From positions 1-43,890 of the forward strand of contig CADBRW010000066.1 of NCBI GenBank assembly GCA_902797155.1: 43,890 nt of DNA. The letters are read 5' to 3'. Origin of the DNA: an uncultured Lachnospiraceae bacterium. GTDB taxonomy: Bacteria; Bacillota; Clostridia; Lachnospirales; Lachnospiraceae. Below the pieces are notes generated by a model. It did not search any database, was not told the DNA's origin, and was given only the letters and a program-made list of their open reading frames with translations. The translations under genes and the position numbers were made by a program. The number at the start of each line of letters is the position of its first letter. The first letter of the stretch is position 1. This document shows, in pieces, positions 41,307-43,890 of this stretch.

Positions 41307-41996
41307 ATGGAAGGATATGATCCCTCTAAGTATGAGAAACTGTCGGTTGCGGTGGACCTTCTGGTCTTTACCGTCGAAGACAACCGATTGAAGCTGCTTA
41401 TGATCGAGCGGGATGAGGACCCCTTCGCGGGGATCCTTGCCCTGCCCGGTGTTTTTGTGCGTGTAAATGAAACGCTGGATGACGCGGCGGCCCGCGGGAT
41501 CCGGGAGGAGACAGGGCTGGAGGGAATCTACTTCGAGCAGCTGTATACCTTCGGCGGGGTGGAAAGAGACCCTCGGATGCGTATCATTTCCGTGGCCTAT
41601 ATGGCATTGGTGCCACTGGAACAGCTGGTCTTTCACGCAGGAGCACGAACCTCCGGAGCCTGGCTGGTGGATGCGGAGGAGCTGCTGGAGTCTGAGGATC
41701 CCGTGGCCTTTGACCATAAGGAGATCATCCGTTATGCCCGCTGGCGGCTGGCCAACAAGGTGGAGTATACCGGCATCGCCTTTCATCTGGTGGAACGGGA
41801 GTTCACCCTGCCGGAGCTGCAGCGGGTATACGAGATCCTGCTGGGGAAATCCCTATATAAGGCAAATTTCCGGAAGAAGGTGGCCGGACTCATCGAGGAG
41901 ACGGAGCACATGACCTCCGGTGATGCCCATAGACCCAGCCGCTTATACAGAGCAAAGGAAGAGGTGGTGAGGCGGAGAAAAACTGAAGATGGATGA
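41307..41996 (+). CDS. nrtR: NrtR-family Nudix-wHTH transcriptional regulator
   Basis: ALPGVFV...ETLDDAAAR.IREETG Nudix box, EQLYTF...RDPR, AFDH, FTLPELQ.VYE.LLG...NFRKK...RPSRLY wHTH. Confidence 0.88.
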   Translation: MEGYDPSKYEKLSVAVDLLVFTVEDNRLKLLMIERDEDPFAGILALPGVFVRVNETLDDAAARGIREETGLEGIYFEQLYTFGGVERDPRMRIISVAYMALVPLEQLVFHAGARTSGAWLVDAEELLESEDPVAFDHKEIIRYARWRLANKVEYTGIAFHLVEREFTLPELQRVYEILLGKSLYKANFRKKVAGLIEETEHMTSGDAHRPSRLYRAKEEVVRRRKTEDG

Positions 41997-42000
41997 TTTC

Positions 42001-42066
42001 TATTTGACGCGCGTCAAATAATACGGTATCATAATATGTGATATAGTATTTGACGTGCGTCAAATG
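42001..42066. promoter_or_regulatory. Twin 20-bp palindromic operators overlapping a promoter
   Basis: TATTTGACGCGCGTCAAATA (42001-42020, perfect) and TATTTGACGTGCGTCAAATG (42047-42066); TTGACG(42004)-N17-TATCAT(42027). Confidence 0.8.
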
Positions 42067-42123
42067 TTATTGGGTTATAATACATTTCGGAAGAAGGCGG
42101 CGTTATTGGAGGAGGTGAGGTAT

Positions 42124-42936
42124 ATGGAGGATCATAAGGTGATTACAAAGCTTCAGGATCTAACTTATCTGAAATGGTCTCATATCCGCAGCTCCAGCGG
42201 GACTGCAGGGACATTTCTGAAATCGGAATCGGTGATAGACGGTGGAAAGAGATATTATAAACTTTCGAATTTTGATCCGGTGAACGGAGTGGTTGGGCAT
42301 GAATGTGTAAATGAGATCATAGTTGACCGTCTGCTTACGTTGCTGGAAGTGGAACATGTGCCTTATTCACTGATCCATGCCAGGATACAGCTTGAAGGGA
42401 ATACTATCGAAACCTGGCTGTGTGAATCATCTGATTTTAAACAGCGTGGTGAGAGTAAGCTCGCTTTGGATAACTATTATGCTGCGAATCGGAATTCGGG
42501 GGAGTCCCGGCTTGATTTTTGTATCCGGAACGGCTGGCAGGAGTATGTTGAAACCATGCTTGCGGTGGATTATCTGATACTGAACCGTGACCGGCATGGC
42601 GCGAATATAGAGGTGCTGCGAAATGCGCGCGCACACAGTCTCCGCCTTGCGCCACTGTTTGATCATGGATTATCACTCCTGTGTTCCTGTCTTTCCGAAA
42701 TGGAGGCGGAGCGTTTTGATGTGATGGAGGATAAACGTTGCCAGAACTTCATCGGGGGTTACTCATGCTTTGAGAATCTTCAGATGATCCGTGACAGGAA
42801 AAATGTATTTCAGGGAACTTTAAAGCCGGAGGACCGAAAGCGGATCTTCGATGGGCTGGAGGATGCGCTGCCCGACATTTTCAGGAAGAAGATCTGGGAT
42901 ATGATCTGGGAGAGGTATAAGGTGTTGATGGGATGA
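42124..42936 (+). CDS. HipA/HipT-like Ser/Thr kinase (kinase core only)
   Basis: GGAGGTG RBS; SSGTAGTFLK Gly-rich loop, YYK, NE, DYLILNRDRHGAN catalytic loop, LAPLFDHG metal motif. Confidence 0.82.
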   Translation: MEDHKVITKLQDLTYLKWSHIRSSSGTAGTFLKSESVIDGGKRYYKLSNFDPVNGVVGHECVNEIIVDRLLTLLEVEHVPYSLIHARIQLEGNTIETWLCESSDFKQRGESKLALDNYYAANRNSGESRLDFCIRNGWQEYVETMLAVDYLILNRDRHGANIEVLRNARAHSLRLAPLFDHGLSLLCSCLSEMEAERFDVMEDKRCQNFIGGYSCFENLQMIRDRKNVFQGTLKPEDRKRIFDGLEDALPDIFRKKIWDMIWERYKVLMG

Positions 42937-43751
42937 ATCATTATCGGATCTTTGATAAGGACAATCAGATAGAGGTTGGAACCTTGCTGTATTATGAGGG
43001 GGACAGAGCCTTCGTGATCGAGCTCAGAGAAGAACTGGATGCGTGGACGGCACCCCTGATGTTTGCAGGAATGGTGGAGCAGGGGATCTATACTGTCCCA
43101 AGGGAGTTGGGCATTTTGTGGGTGCGGGAGCGGATCATTCCTCCGGACAGACAGAATATTGCGGCGATTCTCGCAAATCATCATCTGAAGGAATATGATG
43201 AGATGAAGTTTCTGGAGTTGTCCGGCGGACGATGTGCACAGGATGGTATGATGATCGAGCGCCAGGAAGAGCTTCCAGATTATGTGCTGCATAGGCAGAA
43301 GAGGAATCTGGTGGACGTGGTTCCCTGTGATGAAAATGAACTGCTCTGTTTCTTTGTGGATGAAACTGTTCGGAAGGTGGCTCTCGGTTCACTGAAGGAT
43401 GGTAAGACGGATGAAGCCTTGAGGGAGGGGATTCAGCCTGTGTTGCAGAACCGGGCGCTGTACGAATCCTGTCGGGTGGGCTCCGGTGGTTATTATGCTA
43501 CATTTAACGATTCCATCGATCTTCCAGCGTCGCTTCTGTATCGGAGCGGAAAGCGGGTTCCACTTTCCTTGAAGGATTTTTATGCATTTGTGAGAAAGAA
43601 CCTGCCGGATACAACGGAAAGCAGCCTGCTGCTGGGCTGCACCCGGCAGAATCTGGCGTACATGGTGAAACAGGGGCGGATCACTCCGGTTCGAGAGGAA
43701 GTGAAGGGGAATCTGTACCTGAAGGGGGATCTGCTGAGGAGCAGAGAGTAG
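42933..43751 (+). CDS. Putative antitoxin/regulator: HipA-N (HipS-like) + DUF2442-like + excisionase-type HTH
   Basis: WVRERIIPPDRQNI..IL....LKEYD...L..SGGRC.QD; DVVP....LLCFF.D...R; C-terminal DTTES..LLGCTRQNL..MVKQGRI.P; ATGA overlap with the kinase stop. Confidence 0.65.
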   Translation: MNHYRIFDKDNQIEVGTLLYYEGDRAFVIELREELDAWTAPLMFAGMVEQGIYTVPRELGILWVRERIIPPDRQNIAAILANHHLKEYDEMKFLELSGGRCAQDGMMIERQEELPDYVLHRQKRNLVDVVPCDENELLCFFVDETVRKVALGSLKDGKTDEALREGIQPVLQNRALYESCRVGSGGYYATFNDSIDLPASLLYRSGKRVPLSLKDFYAFVRKNLPDTTESSLLLGCTRQNLAYMVKQGRITPVREEVKGNLYLKGDLLRSRE

Positions 43752-43890
43752 AAGAAGAGGAGGGTTTTAGGTGATAATACATTTGTCCATTTTAAACGAA
43801 AAAGGATGACACCTGGTGAGTAACGTCGCTCCGGCATCGTGCGCTTCGCGCACATGCGGTCCGTCTGTCGCCGAACCGCTTACGAAACAG

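Noticed and set aside
39034-43890. Prophage or integrative element
   Set aside because: Content looks accessory, but no integrase, transposase, phage structural gene or att/tRNA site is visible in the window.

Overview
A moderately GC-rich chromosomal segment. Gene content and style suggest an anaerobic Firmicute (Clostridia, Lachnospiraceae-like); this is an inference. Most of the window is housekeeping or common accessory content: a GH94 phosphorylase, aldose epimerase, two ABC exporters, a LytTR/DUF3021 pair, a NarL-type two-component system, pssA-psd-LTA synthase-like genes, a split IMP cyclohydrolase/AICAR transformylase pair, proC, cls, ftsH with a CIRCE element, and citrate synthase. 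Four things stand out. (1) A tightly packed operon at 16343-22178 encodes a membrane GGDEF cyclase, a DHH/DHHA1 phosphoesterase fused to two PGDYG-like repeats, and a TIR-TM-beta-propeller protein; it is a candidate nucleotide-signalling or immune system. (2) An SPFH + NAD-kinase-like + NrtR operon carries two 21-bp operators over its promoter. (3) A HipA-like kinase is coupled to a HipS-like/DUF2442-like/HTH partner behind twin 20-bp palindromes. (4) Two families of dispersed G4/C4-ended palindromes look REP/REPIN-like. No rRNA, tRNA, CRISPR array, integrase or transposase was recognised. All family calls come from motif recognition by eye; no database searches were run.
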